From: an uncultured Candidatus Saccharibacteria bacterium
GTDB lineage: Bacteria > Patescibacteriota > Minisyncoccia > Phycocordibacterales > DATDWN01
Assembly (NCBI GenBank): GCA_964369145.1
Contig: CAYJEE010000002.1
Location: 1 to 56,730, forward strand
DNA: 56,730 nt
Direction: 5' to 3'
The position numbers and the translations under genes were made by a program. Shown here piece by piece: positions 8,436 to 16,341 of the stretch. Under the pieces are notes generated by a model. That model saw only the letters and a program-made list of their open reading frames with translations, was not told where the DNA came from and made no database searches. The first letter of the stretch is position 1, and each line of letters starts with the position of its first letter.

Positions 8436-8507
8436 GCTCTCGTAGTTTAATGGATAGAATGCTGGCCTGCGAAGCTGGCGATCCAGGTTCGATTCCTGGC
8501 GAGAGCA
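8436..8507 (+). tRNA. tRNA-Arg, anticodon reads GCG in my hand fold
   Basis: Acceptor GCTCTCG/CGAGAGC, D arm GTTT-AATGGATA-GAAT, anticodon stem CTGGC/GCTGG (two G-U pairs), loop CTGCGAA, T arm CCAGG-TTCGATT-CCTGG, discriminator A. No encoded CCA. Confidence 0.8.
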
Positions 8508-8552
8508 CAATAGAAAAAATCCCTTTAAAGGGATTTTTTCTATTGTGCTCTC
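8501..8552. terminator. perfect 23-bp-arm palindrome starting inside the tRNA-Arg 3' acceptor strand
   Basis: gagagcacaatagaaaaaatccc-tttaaa-gggattttttctattgtgctctc. Confidence 0.7.
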
Positions 8553-8605
8553 GCAGCAAAAGCGAAGCTCTTACGTTTGGAATCGAAATACTCCTGGCGT
8601 GTATA

Positions 8606-8989
8606 TTATATACGATTCACCAAATCCCCTATCGACCTTATCCCTTTCACCACCAACTCATCTACCTCAACAAGCGCCACATCATATTTTTCATACAAAT
8701 CCTTATTTCTTTTTGAAATCATTTCTGAATCACCAGAAAGACCATCATTTTTATTTTCTGCAACATACACCTCACACTCATTATTTAAAGATGCGTAAAA
8801 AGCCAGAAGATTATGACCATCGATCGCAATATAACCACCACGAGGATTTTCTCTTACGATCGGTGTTGGGGGTAATTTTTCTAAATAGCCTTTCTTGTAA
8901 TTTTCCTCAATAAAAGCTAACGTGTCAGCTTTTAAAAAATCCTGCGATGGTTGTATATGTACCGGATTTATCTTAATTATTTTTCCCAT
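8606..8989 (-). CDS. ParB/Srx-like nuclease-domain protein
   Basis: 127 aa. IKINPVHIQPSQDFL and IAIDGHNLL resemble the ParB N-terminal domain signature (I-x-I-x-P-x-Q, DGHHR-like). Weak, motif-level only. Confidence 0.45.
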   Translation of the reverse strand: MGKIIKINPVHIQPSQDFLKADTLAFIEENYKKGYLEKLPPTPIVRENPRGGYIAIDGHNLLAFYASLNNECEVYVAENKNDGLSGDSEMISKRNKDLYEKYDVALVEVDELVVKGIRSIGDLVNRI

Positions 8990-8991
8990 AC

Positions 8992-10131
8992 TTATTTCAA
9001 ATACCCCACTTTTTCCTTTAATTTCAAAATAGGTTTTTCCATATACACATACGATAGATGTGCAAAAATACCTGACAGTACTGCCGTAATAATTGAAATA
9101 CCTAGAAGTACTGTTACTGAGCTGTATTCAAGCGGTAAACCAAAAAATAGAACACCTGCCCATAACACCAGTGTAAGTGCGACCATGTGGTATGCATACA
9201 ACCCATATGATATTTTTCCTAAATAGGTAAGTACTTTGTTGTTTCCAAATTTAAAAAATGAATTCTTACTGAAGCATTGCTCCAAAATAATCCCGGAAAA
9301 CAATATACAGAAAATAATTGATTCGAGTGCATACATCGTATGATAGAACCATCCTGAGATAAGAAACGAAAGTACTCCACGAAGCACTGGATAAAAGAAA
9401 ACTAAAATGTAGTTGACCAGTATCACCCACCGAGGCAACCTCTCAAAAAATTCTACAAACCCTTTCTTGAAAAATACGAGATACGCCAAGAGACAACCGA
9501 TAGCGAGATCCGAGAAAACAGAAAATGTCATGTACCGGATAATCTCATAATTTTCCCAGTGAATAAACCGATATACAAAAGAAGCAACGATGACACTTCC
9601 CAGTATCCACGGCATTCGAGAAATCTTAATATACTTAAATGTTGCGGGCCAAATGAGGTAAAACTGCTCCTCAACCGCAAGCGACCACAGCACCCCAATA
9701 ATAACCGATGCGTATCCCACATAAATCAAATCAATATTACCAAGAAAGAAAATATATGCAGGCAACCGCGACAGTGGCGCTTCTAAAGAAAGTGCGAGTG
9801 GACTGTCGATGAGATATGGGAAAATAAAAAAACCGCACAGTATCACCACGAGATATACAGGCCAAATGCGAAGTCCTCGACGAATATAAAAATGCTTCAA
9901 AGATACATCCCCTTTCGAATCCCTTTCTTGTAACAATAAGTATGTAATCAAAAAACCAGACAAGGTAAAGAAAAAAGTTACCCCGAGGTCCCCATGTGTG
10001 AGAAATAGTTTTCTAATCGGACTATAGTACTGTCCCGTAAAGCCTGTGAAAATACTGAGATGTGACACAAGTACCACAAAAAATGCAAAAAATCGAAGCC
10101 CATCAAGATGCGGAAAATATACTTTTTTCAT
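8992..10131 (-). CDS. acyltransferase family 3 membrane protein (OafA-like)
   Basis: 379 aa, about 10 TM helices. N-terminal FPHLDGLRFFAFFVVLVSH motif is typical of acyltransferase_3. Confidence 0.8.
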   Translation of the reverse strand: MKKVYFPHLDGLRFFAFFVVLVSHLSIFTGFTGQYYSPIRKLFLTHGDLGVTFFFTLSGFLITYLLLQERDSKGDVSLKHFYIRRGLRIWPVYLVVILCGFFIFPYLIDSPLALSLEAPLSRLPAYIFFLGNIDLIYVGYASVIIGVLWSLAVEEQFYLIWPATFKYIKISRMPWILGSVIVASFVYRFIHWENYEIIRYMTFSVFSDLAIGCLLAYLVFFKKGFVEFFERLPRWVILVNYILVFFYPVLRGVLSFLISGWFYHTMYALESIIFCILFSGIILEQCFSKNSFFKFGNNKVLTYLGKISYGLYAYHMVALTLVLWAGVLFFGLPLEYSSVTVLLGISIITAVLSGIFAHLSYVYMEKPILKLKEKVGYLK

Positions 10132-10272
10132 GTCAAAGTATCAGTATAACAAAAAACCACTCCCTGTAGGAAGTGATTTTTTGTGTTTATTTCGACTAGC
10201 TTCGAGTAAAGTAGGAAGAGGGTGACCTTTCTTACTTTCGAGATGCGACATCGAAGCAAAAATTCATAATTA

Positions 10273-10536
10273 TTATTTTGCTTTTGTAACCATTGCACTC
10301 AATCGAGATTTCTTTCGAGACGCTGCATTTTTCTTGATCAAACCTGTTTTAGCAGCTTTATCAATTATCTTTTGCACCTGAGGAAAGAGTTTTTCAGCAT
10401 CTTTAACTTTTTTCTCTGAAATAAGTTTTTTAAGTGTTTTTACACTTTTAGATACCTGATCCTTCTTTCGAAGATTAAACATCTTCTTTCGTTTCGATGA
10501 GCGAAGGGCTTTTTTAGCTGATTTGATGATTGGCAT
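10273..10536 (-). CDS. rpsT: 30S ribosomal protein S20
   Basis: 87 aa. MPIIKSAKKALRSSKRKKMFN... is the typical basic S20 N-terminus. Confidence 0.9.
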   Translation of the reverse strand: MPIIKSAKKALRSSKRKKMFNLRKKDQVSKSVKTLKKLISEKKVKDAEKLFPQVQKIIDKAAKTGLIKKNAASRKKSRLSAMVTKAK

Positions 10537-10574
10537 GAATTACATAATACATATAAATAAGGAAAAATCAAAGG

Positions 10575-10603
10575 TTGACATACTATCTATATTGTGCTTA
10601 TAT
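10575..10603 (+). promoter_or_regulatory. sigma70-type promoter with full -35 (TTGACA), 17-nt spacer and TGcTTATAT extended -10
   Basis: ttgaca(10575-10580)-17 nt-ttatat(10598-10603) with TG at 10595-10596. Followed by a ~40-nt leader, AAGAGG (10638-10643) and GTG at 10649. Confidence 0.5.
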
Positions 10604-10648
10604 ACTAACAGAAAACAGCTGGTAACCCCAGCACAGAAAGAGGTAGAT

Positions 10649-11188
10649 GTGACGACGTACACAACATTTAAGCAACTGAAAGTACCCTCTTTAGAGGCCC
10701 TTCAGCTTTTTTGCAAAGCCACTTGTGCACGAGGAGGTTTCCACCCTCTCGAATTTCAGTCCAGGATAACTGAAACAGAAAAAGTTGGCTTCAGAAGACA
10801 CTTCACACGACATATCAGAATTGAGGCAACACTGCAAACAGCATACGAAGCTGCTCTCATACGGCACAACAACTCAAACCCGGGAGGACCCATTCCTAAA
10901 CGAATAACCTCTCAAAAAGGCACTATACGATACAGCTTGAAGTGGAAAGAGAGTGGCACAATCATTACCTTGACCTTCCTTCGCCAGGACACTTTTCTTG
11001 CGGTTACAGGTCTTAACCTTGATCGTGTAGCCGAATATGCTACGCGATTAAGGCTCCCAGAACCTGTAGCTCAAGAAATACGCCACTCGCAACACCTCAC
11101 AGAAACTCACCTTATTGCACAATCCTGGCGGGATGTGAGCATTCCTCTCGGCGACATAATTGATTTCGTCAATCGTTACCGAAAGTAA
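10649..11188 (+). CDS. hypothetical protein (G+C-richer than the flanks)
   Basis: ORF opens at 10523. I prefer the in-frame GTG at 10649, 5 nt after AAGAGG (MTTYTTFKQLKV...). No recognisable domain. Confidence 0.5.
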   Translation: MTTYTTFKQLKVPSLEALQLFCKATCARGGFHPLEFQSRITETEKVGFRRHFTRHIRIEATLQTAYEAALIRHNNSNPGGPIPKRITSQKGTIRYSLKWKESGTIITLTFLRQDTFLAVTGLNLDRVAEYATRLRLPEPVAQEIRHSQHLTETHLIAQSWRDVSIPLGDIIDFVNRYRK

Positions 11189-11348
11189 ACCCAAAACCAA
11201 ACCCCGTTGTTCTTTTTCGTCTAAATATTGCATACTAAAAAATTTTGCAATAATAAATTCTCATACGTATGAGATAAATCAAAAAGACTCTTTATTTAAA
11301 TTATTTAAAAAGAGGCTTTTTTATTTATAAAAATAATTTCTAAAATCC

Positions 11349-11356
11349 TGTATAAT
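11349..11356 (+). promoter_or_regulatory. -10 box TGTATAAT, 6 nt upstream of the ruvA ATG
   Basis: tgtataat-accctt-ATG(11363). Confidence 0.5.
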
Positions 11357-11362
11357 ACCCTT

Positions 11363-11911
11363 ATGATCGGATACATAAAAGGCAAAATAGTCTGGCAAGA
11401 CCTCAAAGCTGTGGTGGTAGACGTAGGAGGTGTCGGATATAAAGTGCACACAACCCTCGGAGGACTCGATGCAGAAAAAGAAGTTGAGTTTTTTACCTAC
11501 CTTGCAGTTCGTGAAACCGCACTCGACCTCTATGGTTTTCGAAGTAAAGCAGAGCTCGACTATTTTGAGCTCCTGCTCACCGTCTCAGGCATCGGACCAA
11601 AGTCTGCTCTTGCCATACTTTCTGTAGCATCACTCGATACCCTCTCGTATGCAATCAACAATAATGATGCAGGACATCTCACCAAACAAGCAGGTATCGG
11701 AAAAAAGAATGCCGAAAAAATCGTCCTCGAACTCAAAGGAAAGGCACCAGAAACATCACCTGGACACACTCATCACCATGAAGACGATGATACCCTCGAA
11801 GCTCTCAAATCTCTCGGCTACTCAGAAAAAGACGCTCGCGAAGCACTAAAAAAAGCATCCGGCGAAACAACCCAAGAAAAAATCCGCTCAGCACTTAAAA
11901 TGTTAAGATAA
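11363..11911 (+). CDS. ruvA: Holliday junction DNA helicase subunit RuvA
   Basis: 182 aa. MIGYIKGKI...VDVGGVGYKV OB-fold start, HhH region LLTVSGIGPKSALAIL, C-terminal domain III. Confidence 0.9.
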   Translation: MIGYIKGKIVWQDLKAVVVDVGGVGYKVHTTLGGLDAEKEVEFFTYLAVRETALDLYGFRSKAELDYFELLLTVSGIGPKSALAILSVASLDTLSYAINNNDAGHLTKQAGIGKKNAEKIVLELKGKAPETSPGHTHHHEDDDTLEALKSLGYSEKDAREALKKASGETTQEKIRSALKMLR

Positions 11912-11915
11912 ACAT

Positions 11916-12005
11916 ACGAATTAACGAATTGAATACTTACGAATGGTTGCGAATAAATGCATCTATTCGTATTCATTCGTAGATTTGTATTATTCGCATA
12001 TTCGT
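11916..12005. repeat. mirror array of four (A/G)CGAAT and four ATTCG(T/C) hexamers
   Basis: Forward hexamers at 11916, 11924, 11939, 11949. Reverse hexamers at 11965, 11975, 11992, 12000. Spacings 8/15/10 versus 10/17/8. Spacers are not complementary. Confidence 0.6.
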
Positions 12006-12017
12006 ATATATATTTCC

Positions 12018-12920
12018 ATGCCCGAACTCCCCGAAGTCACCACCACCGTAAAAGGTCTTAATGAAGTCCTCCCCCGCCTTACTATCACCGATGTATGGTC
12101 GGATTATTTTGTAAACACAAAAAGCGTCGCTCAAAACACCATTAAAAACAAAAAGTTTTTTGAGAGTTTTAAAAAAGAAGTGGTGGGTGAAAAGTTTCTA
12201 AATGCTGAGCGTCGAGGAAAAAATATTTTAATTCACTTGAGCAACAACAAGACAATCCTGATCCATATGAAAATGACAGGGCATCTTTTGTATGGAAAGT
12301 ACTCTTTCGATAATACAAAATGGATTGCAACAGAAGACAGTTTACTGAAAGATCCCTTTAATCAATTTATCCACTTCACCCTTTCTCTCTCCAACGGAAA
12401 AACGCTCGCATTTTCTGACATGAGAAAATTTGCAAAAGTGACTTTGTTTAAGACAGATACAAAAGATACTCACCTAGACCTCCAAAACCTTGGCCCTGAG
12501 CCACTTTCACACCTTACTCCAAAGACACTCACCACTCAACTTTCTAAAAAACCAAAGGGTGTTATCAAAACCGTGCTTATGGATCAAACAGTAGTTGCTG
12601 GTATCGGTAACATTTATTCTGATGAAATCCTCTGGATGTCCGATGTACATCCCGAAAGAAAGGTACACACCCTCACCTCAAATGAAATTAAAAAAATATT
12701 TTCTGCAATGATTGATGTCCTCCATACAGGTATCGAGCTCGGCGGTGATTCGATGTCTGATTATCGAAACATCTACGGTGAGCGTGGTGGTTTTCAAAAC
12801 TCACATAAAGCATACAGACGGACAAAACAATCTTGTCTTAAAAAAGGCTGCTCAGGCATCATCACACGAAAAATTATCGGAGGAAGAAGTGCACATTTTT
12901 GTAGCATCCATCAAAACTGA
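12018..12920 (+). CDS. mutM: formamidopyrimidine-DNA glycosylase (Fpg/MutM)
   Basis: ORF opens at 11943, but the catalytic N-terminus MPELPEV starts at 12018. C-terminal zinc finger C..C...C. TATATA box lies 7 nt upstream. Confidence 0.85.
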   Translation: MPELPEVTTTVKGLNEVLPRLTITDVWSDYFVNTKSVAQNTIKNKKFFESFKKEVVGEKFLNAERRGKNILIHLSNNKTILIHMKMTGHLLYGKYSFDNTKWIATEDSLLKDPFNQFIHFTLSLSNGKTLAFSDMRKFAKVTLFKTDTKDTHLDLQNLGPEPLSHLTPKTLTTQLSKKPKGVIKTVLMDQTVVAGIGNIYSDEILWMSDVHPERKVHTLTSNEIKKIFSAMIDVLHTGIELGGDSMSDYRNIYGERGGFQNSHKAYRRTKQSCLKKGCSGIITRKIIGGRSAHFCSIHQN

Positions 12921-12975
12921 AAAGTGTTATACTAGAGAGAACATGGATGTTTAGGTAAAGTTCTAGGCAGACAAG

Positions 12976-13020
12976 AAAAATAATGCGAGCCTTACTTGTC
13001 GTAAGGTGAGAATTATTTTT
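12976..13020. terminator. two-tier hairpin terminator
   Basis: aaaaataat...ccttac-ttgtc-gtaagg...attattttt. Confidence 0.6.
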
Positions 13021-13064
13021 TGAAGTCTAACAACGAAATTTGCCAAACATACATGTTCTACATT

Positions 13065-13952
13065 ATGAAATGGGACTGGGGCTTAGTATTAATATGTACC
13101 GTACTCGCACTTATGATTTTTGGTGGTGCAAAAAATGCAAAACCTCTCGGACAAAGTGGCTCCACCATACCCTCACCCTCTGAGCGCCAGCTCACTCAAA
13201 GCGAAATCGAATACAATCTCGCCCAAACAAAATATAAAACCGAACAACTTCAACAAGAAATTGCTCGAGAAAATGAACGGAAAAATTCTTCACCTTACAA
13301 AGGCAAGATTTCAATGTATGTAAACCCTTCGTCAGATGCATCAGCTGAGTATGTCGACATCTATGCAGAATACGGAAACAAAGAACCTATCAACATCACC
13401 GGATGGCGACTCGTAAGCACCTCAACAAACCAAAGTGTAGTTATCCCTCAAAGCACATACCTTTACTTTTCTGGACAACAAAACACTGAGCAAGATGTGT
13501 TCTTGAACCCAGGAGAACACGCATATGTAGTCACCGGACGCTCTCCACTTGGATATGGATTTAAAGTAAATAAATGTTCAGGATACCTCTCACAATACAC
13601 CACTTTTTACCCAGGAGTATGGACAAACTGTCCTGCACCACGAGACGAAGATCAGTCATCGATTCCAAAACGACTTGTAAATGATAATTGTTTTGACCTG
13701 ATCAACTCTCTCGGGTCATGCCGTATCCCCGACCCACTTCCAAACTCATACTCATGGGAGTGCCAAGCATTTTTGACTGAAAAAATAAATTATCCGTACT
13801 GTATTTCAAATCACAAAAACGATAAAGATTTCTGGGGTACAAACTGGTACGTATACCTCAAACGAAGTGAACCGCTCTGGAAATACCGAAAAGAAACGGT
13901 GATTCTCTACGACAAAGACGGCAAACCGGTCACTCAAGTAATTAAATACTAA
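13065..13952 (+). CDS. lamin-tail-domain (LTD) protein with N-terminal TM anchor
   Basis: ORF opens at a TTG at 13020; the ATG at 13065 gives MKWDWGLVLICTVLALMIFGG. Central EYVDIYAEYGNKEPINITGWRLVS... matches the LTD pattern (E-x-V-x-I-x-N...GW-x-L). Confidence 0.6.
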   Translation: MKWDWGLVLICTVLALMIFGGAKNAKPLGQSGSTIPSPSERQLTQSEIEYNLAQTKYKTEQLQQEIARENERKNSSPYKGKISMYVNPSSDASAEYVDIYAEYGNKEPINITGWRLVSTSTNQSVVIPQSTYLYFSGQQNTEQDVFLNPGEHAYVVTGRSPLGYGFKVNKCSGYLSQYTTFYPGVWTNCPAPRDEDQSSIPKRLVNDNCFDLINSLGSCRIPDPLPNSYSWECQAFLTEKINYPYCISNHKNDKDFWGTNWYVYLKRSEPLWKYRKETVILYDKDGKPVTQVIKY

Positions 13953-13996
13953 AAAACAGAAAAAAATTACCCCTAGGGCCACCCTAGGGGTAATTT

Positions 13997-14482
13997 CTAA
14001 ATTTTTAATAATTGGAACAATGCAATCCCAAAAGCTACAGATACGTTGAGCGACTCTTTCTCCCCTTTCATAGGGATTTCTGCCACCACATCCGCACATT
14101 TCAAAAGCTCTGACGACATTCCTTTTACCTCATTACCCACAATCATCAAAATTTTCTTACCAATTTTTACCTTTCTATAATCCACCGAAGTATTGCTTTG
14201 CTCAAGTGCAACCACAGAAAAACCATCGATTTTTAATTGGGCGATGAGATTTTTTATATTTCCTGCTTTACTCCACTTCACACTATCCTCAGCACCGAGC
14301 GCCACTTTGGCAATATCTTTTCTTTTTCTATTGAACTGATCAAGTGGTGTGGGAGTGTATCCTGAAATATAGATATGAGAAACCCCCGCCGCATCTGCAG
14401 TCCGAAAGAGTGATCCGACATTATGAGTACTGCGTATATTATGAAGCAGTATCCGCACATCTCGTGTATTTTCCCTTTTCAT
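13997..14482 (-). CDS. SpoU/TrmH-family RNA 2'-O-methyltransferase
   Basis: 161 aa. NIRSTHNVGSLFRTADAAGV and the C-terminal SLNVSVAFGIALF knot motifs. Confidence 0.8.
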   Translation of the reverse strand: MKRENTRDVRILLHNIRSTHNVGSLFRTADAAGVSHIYISGYTPTPLDQFNRKRKDIAKVALGAEDSVKWSKAGNIKNLIAQLKIDGFSVVALEQSNTSVDYRKVKIGKKILMIVGNEVKGMSSELLKCADVVAEIPMKGEKESLNVSVAFGIALFQLLKI

Positions 14483-14499
14483 GACACCACTATACCTGA

Positions 14500-14505
14500 T
14501 ACTAT
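14500..14505 (+). promoter_or_regulatory. -10 box TACTAT, 6 nt upstream of the ATG at 14512
   Basis: tactat-atatct-ATG. Confidence 0.4.
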
Positions 14506-14511
14506 ATATCT

Positions 14512-14859
14512 ATGCTATCACTTTTCCCAAACTTATTTACGTTCGCATTATTCGCCCATTTTCTTCTTCGCTTGGTACTTGCGTACCAGTTTGCGTTGAT
14601 TGCAAAAGCTCGTTTTAAAAAACCTTATAAATACGTAGCGTTTGCTGAAATGATTGCTGTGATTCTTGTCACACTCGGACTCTATACCCAGGGTGCGTTG
14701 ATCGGTGTTATTGCACTTCTTATCGCTGAATCATTTCTCGAACGACAAGCTGGCACCTTCAACAGAACAGAGGCAAACCTCCGCACAACCCTCGGTCTTG
14801 TCGCCCTTTCTTTGATGTTCCTCGGCGCAGGAGCATTTGCATTTGATTTGCCGTTGTAA
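14512..14859 (+). CDS. small DoxX-like membrane protein
   Basis: 115 aa, four predicted TM helices, FLLRLVLAY motif. Confidence 0.45.
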   Translation: MLSLFPNLFTFALFAHFLLRLVLAYQFALIAKARFKKPYKYVAFAEMIAVILVTLGLYTQGALIGVIALLIAESFLERQAGTFNRTEANLRTTLGLVALSLMFLGAGAFAFDLPL

Positions 14860-14893
14860 AATTAAAATTTACTTTACCAATCTATGTGAATAG

Positions 14894-14922
14894 AAAAAAT
14901 CCCAAACTGATGGGATTTTTTT
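14894..14922. terminator. terminator hairpin, copy 1 of an exact 28-nt duplicate
   Basis: aaaaaatcccaaactgatgggatttttt. The identical string recurs at 15053-15080. Confidence 0.75.
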
Positions 14923-14946
14923 AGGCACCAAGTTGTTTATAAGAAT

Positions 14947-15046
14947 GGTGCACTTTGGATAATTTCAATTCCGTCGAATTGAAATTTCCTTCGGCCCACG
15001 ACTCGACCGTTTTTGCTACTACAAAAACATGTCTCCGTCGCGCACC
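14947..15046 (+). ncRNA. candidate structured small RNA, copy B of the family
   Basis: Hairpin AATTTCAATTC-CGTC-GAATTGAAATT (14961-14986), then TCCTTCGGCCCACGACTCGACC, hairpin GTTTTTG-CTACTA-CAAAAAC (15009-15028), then ATGTCTCCGTCGCGCACC. -10-like TATAAG at 14938-14943. Terminated by the hairpin at 15053-15080. Confidence 0.4.
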
Positions 15047-15052
15047 AGTAGC

Positions 15053-15080
15053 AAAAAATCCCAAACTGATGGGATTTTTT
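15053..15080. terminator. terminator hairpin, copy 2; shared by tRNA-Lys (-) and element B (+)
   Basis: Exact copy of 14894-14921. The extended palindrome 15040-15090 includes the tRNA-Lys 3' end (gcgcaccag / ctggtgcgc). Confidence 0.75.
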
Positions 15081-15083
15081 GTC

Positions 15084-15159
15084 TGGTGCGCCCGGCAGGA
15101 ATCGAACCTGCGACCATCTCCTTAAAAGGGAGCTGCTCTACCGACTGAGCTACGGGCGC
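15084..15159 (-). tRNA. tRNA-Lys (anticodon UUU), CCA encoded
   Basis: Reverse complement: GCGCCCG TA GCTC AGTCGGTA GAGC A GCTCC CTTTTAA GGAGA TGGTC GCAGG TTCGATT CCTGC CGGGCGC A CCA. Confidence 0.9.
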
Positions 15160-15204
15160 AAAAGCTTTAATAAATCAAACTGCTTTGATTTATTAATGAC
15201 TTTT

Positions 15205-15290
15205 GTGAGCCGCAAACATGTTTCGCTACCAAGCGAAACAGTTGAGGCCGGGTCGGGAAATTTTACGAGCGACGGCGAGTAAAATATTCT
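15205..15290 (-). ncRNA. candidate structured small RNA, copy C (more diverged), upstream of tRNA-Lys on the same strand
   Basis: Minus strand: ATTTTAC-TCGC-CGTC-GCTC-GTAAAAT (15285-15260), TTCCCGACCCGGCCTCAACT, hairpin GTTTCGC-TTGGTA-GCGAAAC (15239-15220), ATGTTTGCGGC. Followed by the AT-rich hairpin 15167-15198. Confidence 0.3.
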
Positions 15291-15396
15291 TGACCATAAA
15301 GTCTTTTGGGAACCTTCAAAATATATCAGAAAATAACAATTTGTCCAACCTTTACTTCTCCTCAAAAACTGCTAATCTAGTTTTAGGAGCAGTTTA

Positions 15397-15585
15397 ATGA
15401 CAAATAATTTCGACGAAGAAAGCCGCAAAGAAGGGCTTCGAGTTCTTCTGGCGAGACAAAATGTTGTGCAGGCGATCTCAGAACCAGAACCAGAAAGCAT
15501 GAGAGAGCTCTTGGAGAGAGTGCGGGATCAGGTTAAAATTCTCGAGACTCAAGTCAACCAACCTCGATACACTGAGATTATCTGA
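15397..15585 (+). CDS. small hypothetical protein (62 aa)
   Basis: AGGAG lies 7 nt upstream of the ATG, and a strong terminator follows the stop. Helical and acidic. Confidence 0.5.
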   Translation: MTNNFDEESRKEGLRVLLARQNVVQAISEPEPESMRELLERVRDQVKILETQVNQPRYTEII

Positions 15586-15590
15586 TCATT

Positions 15591-15622
15591 ATCCCGCCAA
15601 GCTCAGTGAGCCTTGGCGGGAT
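15591..15622. terminator. bidirectional terminator
   Basis: atcccgccaag-ctcagtgagc-cttggcgggat. Confidence 0.7.
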
Positions 15623-15626
15623 TACC

Positions 15627-16340
15627 TTATATAGCAAGCACCACCCTCTCAAGCAGCACCTCCATCTCTCCCTCTCCACTTCTCACCTTCTCTGTCGCAT
15701 CTACCAAAGCGCCAGAGATTTTTTGTAATTCTTCTTTGGTAAAATTCCTTGCAAACTTTCGCGCTTTCGAATCCACAAAAGGAGAAAGTTTGGACTCACT
15801 TGTACTCTTTGTATGCATTGCAAGTGTGATGTTTTTTACTTGCCAAAAAAGCACTCCGCAAATCTCCTCTGCACTCACTCCTGCTTTTAGTGCCTCTAGG
15901 TACCCTACCCACAAAGACTTTTTATCTTTACTCCCGAGCGCATCTCCGAGTGCAAAGGTATTAAAAAATTCTTTCTTCTTTTCAGGCAATGCAAACTCTT
16001 GCGTCTTTTCTGCATGTTTCTCCACCGTCTCTACTATTTTTTTCGCAGGATTATGTTCAATCATCAAAAACACATGAGCCGACTCTTGCATCGCTATTAT
16101 ACTCTCTTCGACGAGTGAGGTAGACTCCTTGTATTCGAGTAGCCCATCGAGCACCGCGATGTATTTCTGATCAAACAACCCTTGCGCATTCAAAAGCTCT
16201 TGAAATGTGCCTTCATTCCAGTTATCTTCTTTGAGTCGAAACACTTCAGCATCTGGTCTTTTTTTCGCCAAAGACGCCAAAAGCGCCTGGAGCTTTTTTC
16301 GAGATTCTATTGTATTTGTACCGTATAAAAAGTAGAGCAT
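15627..16340 (-). CDS. holA: DNA polymerase III delta subunit (HolA)-like, short form
   Basis: 237 aa. MLYFLYGTNT... start and helical C-terminal region resemble HolA. Sits immediately downstream of polA. Motif-level call only. Confidence 0.5.
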   Translation of the reverse strand: MLYFLYGTNTIESRKKLQALLASLAKKRPDAEVFRLKEDNWNEGTFQELLNAQGLFDQKYIAVLDGLLEYKESTSLVEESIIAMQESAHVFLMIEHNPAKKIVETVEKHAEKTQEFALPEKKKEFFNTFALGDALGSKDKKSLWVGYLEALKAGVSAEEICGVLFWQVKNITLAMHTKSTSESKLSPFVDSKARKFARNFTKEELQKISGALVDATEKVRSGEGEMEVLLERVVLAI

Positions 16341-16341
16341 A

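Noticed and set aside
8390-8913. Plus-strand ORFs 8390-8716, 8545-8913 and 8577-8798.
   Set aside because: They run through tRNA-Arg and its palindrome and are antisense to the ParB-like gene. No coding features are visible.
15613-16077. 154-aa plus-strand ORF opposite the holA-like gene. Similar antisense ORFs occur at 20413-20919, 28356-28847, 37911-38480 and 53709-54080.
   Set aside because: All lie fully inside stronger genes on the other strand. They give S/F/L-rich low-complexity products and have no promoter or SD context.
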